From Selaginella moellendorffii (Eukaryota > Plantae > Lycopodiophyta): a DNA stretch of 64,000 nt. The notes beneath the pieces are model-generated. The model was not told the origin of the DNA. It worked only from the letters and a program-made list of their open reading frames with translations, and searched no databases. Both the position numbers and the translations under genes were made by a program. Where the stretch lies: positions 1,082,768 through 1,146,767 of the forward strand of contig NW_003314291.1 of the NCBI RefSeq assembly GCF_000143415.4. Direction: 5' to 3'. This document shows positions 59,791-64,000 of the stretch, one piece after another. Position 1 is the stretch's first letter. Every line of letters starts with the position of its first letter.

Positions 59791-61567
59791 TCTTATCTAT
59801 TGGCGGGAGCTCTTTGAATTTACGCCGTTGGATTTAGGGTTCTTTCTAAATCTTTTGCAATGCTGATATTCTCTCCAACTCTATCTATGCTCCATCGTTT
59901 AAGATCTCCTCTTGACTTGACAGGTCTCCCAGTCGGATTCAAGGAAATGTGTAGACTGAAGACTGGAAACGATACACGAAGCTTAAGATCGGTCTCTGGA
60001 AAGAAGCCTGGTATTGTTTAGATTATTCTTCCTAGGATGTCAAGTAAAGATGCTCGATTGAGAGAGATCTTTGCCGGAGTGTTTGCAGACTCCACTTTTT
60101 AAAGGTATTATGTACTTTTCTCGTCTTGTCACTACTACTCACTTTCTTGCGCAGGCTTTCTGCCAAATACAAAAGAGTCCCTTTTGCCACCGCTCCGAGT
60201 CATGAGAATTTCCCCATGCTATGCTTTAAGTTCATATTGCATTAGTCTAGGCCTTGGATGATCTGGATCGCGTGTGCTTCGTGCCACTTGCAGCCGAACT
60301 CTTGCAGCCGATTGTTGATTTCCAAAGTCCAATCCAGATCTTGTGCTCGTTGTTTATTAATCAGGGCTTTTTATTTACCAGCAAAAAACCAAAAAACTAG
60401 CTGGGCATAGTTTCATTGAGCACGAAAATAAGTTTCTTATGTCCTTGGTTGAAATGCTTCTTAAAACTTAAGCTGCATTTACATTTCTGACCATTTTGAG
60501 CTGGAAGGCATGCATGCTTCTATATGTCAGGAAAAGCGATAAAAGGATGCTCAAGCATTTGCAGGTATTTTGTGATTAATGTCTGTTTTCATCTCCTAGT
60601 TTCACCCTTCCACAGGTGCCAATGTGGAGCGAGCTCGAACAGAAAAAAGCTTCCAAGCAGACATAAATCGATTTGCTGCATTGACTGATCACCTTTCTTC
60701 CTTAGGAACAATGACACTTGAAACAGAAAAACTCATTTTCGAGCAGAAATAATCAGTGATGTGAATAGTAGTTCATCCTGGAGTGTTTGTAACATCTCTG
60801 AGAGAATTTTGTTTGGCAATCTAGCAGTTCTCCAAGAGAAGGTTTATAGCCAAGCTTCCCCGCATTGTAGCTGAATCTCAGCCTAGATCTTGGCGGGAGG
60901 GCCGCCATGTTTTCCCACACGGTTTTCGAATCAATTTCATGTGATAGTTATTGTCACATGACAATAACTGTGACCTAGGAACAGAAAGAGAGGCAAAACA
61001 TTGTGTGTCCGTTTCAGGGCATTGCAACAGACTCCAATTCCTTGGTCTCATGTTAGGAGATTCTAGTCGGTGACACCATGACCATGCTTTCTCACTCGGT
61101 TTCTCCTTCTCTCACTCGTTTCCCTTTCTCTTTGCTGCACATAAGGGTGACAAATAAAGGTCTTTTTTACACCCTTATTTCTGGTTGCTACTGTTGCAAA
61201 TTCTGATGGTGGCTGTTTCTAATTATTAAACAGTGCTTCTTACACAAATGACATTTCTTTTTCATTCTCCCATGGCTTAAGCTAATGATCCTTCATTCTA
61301 ATTGTGATGGAACTACTGATTAATTGATGAGGGTGCAGTTGAGCTCGATATCTCCATATTTTGACCTTGTTGTTAGCTACATCACAAGAGGTTTTGAGTA
61401 AACTATAGAATAAACTTATATAAAAAAAATTTGGATGGAACAATATCATAAATTATATTACAATTTTTGGTTTGAGATGGTAATGGATATACCTAGAAAA
61501 TGCTTGGATATTCTAGGATATTCTATCATCTAACGGTTGTTATTTATTTAGATTAATTTTGTATTTA

Positions 61568-61683
61568 NNNNNNNNNNNNNNNNNNNNNNNNNNNNNNNNN
61601 NNNNNNNNNNNNNNNNNNNNNNNNNNNNNNNNNNNNNNNNNNNNNNNNNNNNNNNNNNNNNNNNNNNNNNNNNNNNNNNNNNN
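61568..61683. other. Assembly gap (N run)
   Basis: 116 N. Confidence 1.
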
Positions 61684-62140
61684 TACAAACATGCTTATAA
61701 TTATAAACTTTATTTGATTATTAAACAAACCAAGCGATGCAACACGTGGCAATTTATTACAAGATTACATCAAAGCTTTCAAGTTGGACCATCTCTCCTT
61801 GGAACTAACAAGAAACGCAACACACAAAACTGCAGTTTGGAGCAGCAAGCTGGTGGTGCTCCAAAATCCTTGCAGACTTTGCTGGATTGAAGCATCTGGA
61901 GCAGCCCATGCTTCATCTCCTATTGCCAAGATGAAACAAAAGAGCTCTCTCCTTTTCAATGGAAGTGGGGGCCAGCCTGATGCTGCAGAGCAGTTGATAT
62001 CCCGCCAATGGTGGACCATCATCAAGGCTTTTTGTGCGGCTCCTCCGCAGAAAAAGAATTTGTAAGAGCAATTTTTTATATTTTTTTTAATTCACACATT
62101 AGCAGATTTACATGGTCCTTATGTAAGAGCAACATCATTT

Positions 62141-63091
62141 TTATAAATATTTCTTTATCCACTCATGTTCGAGGACCTTTTCCAAAGCAAACCTCCTTCC
62201 GGGATCCAATTCTGTCATGCCTTGGATAAGCTGCCTTGCAGAAAGGGATGGAATGCTATCCCAATCCATAGAATTGTGATGGAGGTTCTTTAAACTTCGA
62301 TCTCGCTTGCGTGCATTCTTAAATACCACCTCCACATCCATATTTGGGAATGGACAAGTTGCCGTGAGACAAGTGTAAAGCAGCATCCCTAAGCCCCACA
62401 CATCGCTGGCTGTGATATAGCGCCTATCGAGCATCGCTTCGGGGGACATATAATCCCACGTCTCAGCCCCACGCTCGTTCCACAGATCCTCCATCCAGCA
62501 AGCCATCCCAAAGTCGGACACCTTTGGGACATAGAACTTCCCAGGCCGCGGGTACTTCAGCAAAACATTCGCGGGCTTCAGGTCGCAGTGGATGATCTCG
62601 TTGTCATGAACCCTCTTTAGCGTCTTGGCAAGAGCTATGACGATCTTTGCAGATTCTTCCTCATCAAGCTGCCCCTTGTACTTGATCCGGTCCTGAAGGC
62701 TGCAATTGCACAGCTCAAGAACAAGGTGGTACACCTCCCCGTACTGATTGGGCTCTTCTCGTATGAGCTGCTCGAAGTGGACGAGCCCCTGCTCATCGAG
62801 ACCCTTGAGTGACACCTCCAGCATAGCCATCAGCCGAGCTTCAAACAGCCCATCGGGCCCATGGACTGTCTTGATCACAAAAACCTTCCCATCACTCCTT
62901 CAGAATGCCTTGTACACCGTCGCTTGCCCTCCACCCCCAATCGATTTCTCTAGTTTATATTTCTCTACCAGTGCTGGGTGTTCCTCACAGAGTTTCTCAT
63001 CCAGGACTGTGTGGTATTCCATCCCTTGCTTAGGTTTCTTGTGGACACAATTCTTCAAATTATGCTCGCACTCATGCTCACGTTTAACCAT
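62141..63091 (-). pseudogene. Intronless Ser/Thr protein kinase (CAMK-like) with one in-frame stop
   Basis: IGGGGQATV, VIK, HCDLKPANVL, DFG, YMSPE, DVWGLG; ORFs 62900-63091 and 62141-62878 are in the same frame, separated by TGA. Confidence 0.85.
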
Positions 63092-63199
63092 CTCGAATGA
63101 GCTCTAGGGCTTGTTTGTAAAGACAGAATCTTAGTTTAAGCATCTTTTATTTTAAAGGTATCCATGTTTAAGTGAACATTTCCTGGAATGCCAAATGAG

Positions 63200-64000
63200 A
63201 AACTCTCGGCGATGGGATTGAGAACACACGGGACGGTATTGGTTCTGGGATACGCTCAAACCGGCAGGAAGATTTGGCTCTCGAGCTCTTCTCGCAGATG
63301 GAAGCTGCTATGATCAATCCAGATTGCTCGAGTTTTCTCATGGCTATCAAAACTTGCTCTAGTCTGGCTGCGCGAGAGGAGATTGATGCGTCGTTGGCTG
63401 TGAAGATCAAGAGCTTGAAACGAGCTTTGGCGATTCACTCTCATGCATCAAACTCTCGCGGCTTCAAGTTGGAGGCGTCGTTTGCCATACACTTGGCAAA
63501 CGCGATGGTGGACTTGTATGGCAAGTGTGAAAGTCTAGAAGATGCTCGCAGGGTGTTTGATTCGATGGAGCAGCACGACATCGTTTCCTGGACATCGATC
63601 ATCACAGGCTATGCTCACGAGAGCCAAGATGGAGACGAAGCTTTCCTTCTCTTCTCTTCCATGCAAGAACAAGGATTTAAACCCGATCGTTTAGCTTGTC
63701 TCGCCGCTATCAAGGCTTGTAGCGTAATCACCGAGAAGAAAATGGGATTTAGACGTAGAATCTCAAGAAAGCAATGAAAATCCACTCGTGGATCTCGCAG
63801 CTTGGCCTGGAGAGAGATCCAGCAGTCTGGTTGATATGTATGCCAAGTGTGGAAGCTTGATCATGGACGCTCGCAGGGTATTTGATAAAATCTTAGATCG
63901 CGACATAGTCTTGTCTTGTGGAACTCTTTCCTGTTTGGATGTGTTTACATTGGCGAGGACGAGCTTGCGTTGGAATGCTATGCAGCCCTGGAAGTGCTCC
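63200..64000 (+). pseudogene. PLS-class PPR gene fragment, frameshifted
   Basis: MVDLYGKCESLEDARRVFDSM..DIVSWT; further LVDMYAKCG motif out of frame near 63830. Confidence 0.8.

Overview
Eukaryotic (plant) repeat-rich region. The short GT-AG introns, PLS-class PPR pseudogenes and a Met-primed chromovirus suggest a non-seed plant such as the lycophyte Selaginella (inference). Positions 1-53434 are a nest of transposons. (1) Three degenerate copies of a minus-strand Ty3/Gypsy chromovirus; two sit in tandem sharing one LTR, and the integrase is split by two short GT-AG introns. (2) A SWIM-finger MULE-like element. (3) An L1-clade LINE. (4) Two inverted copies of a ~13 kb TIR DNA transposon (17363-30376 with a 4-bp TSD TGAC; 40195-53434) plus a 287-bp MITE of the same family. 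The 13 kb element is the most interesting object. It encodes a Sola1/DUF7869-like DDD transposase, intact in copy 2. Divergently, it carries one spliced 11-exon cargo gene (~1630 aa when reconstructed) that joins a ParB/Srx-like domain, a degenerate N6/N4 DNA-methyltransferase-like domain, an acidic linker and an FCP1/SCP-like HAD phosphatase domain. The element is studded with roughly 25 copies of a 22-bp palindrome (ATGGCRTGWGGCCWCAYGCCAT), many of them inside the cargo-gene introns, which is reminiscent of a ParB/parS arrangement. The right end (53.7-64 kb) holds PPR pseudogenes, a kinase pseudogene and an assembly gap. All domain calls come from reading motifs by eye; no database search was run.
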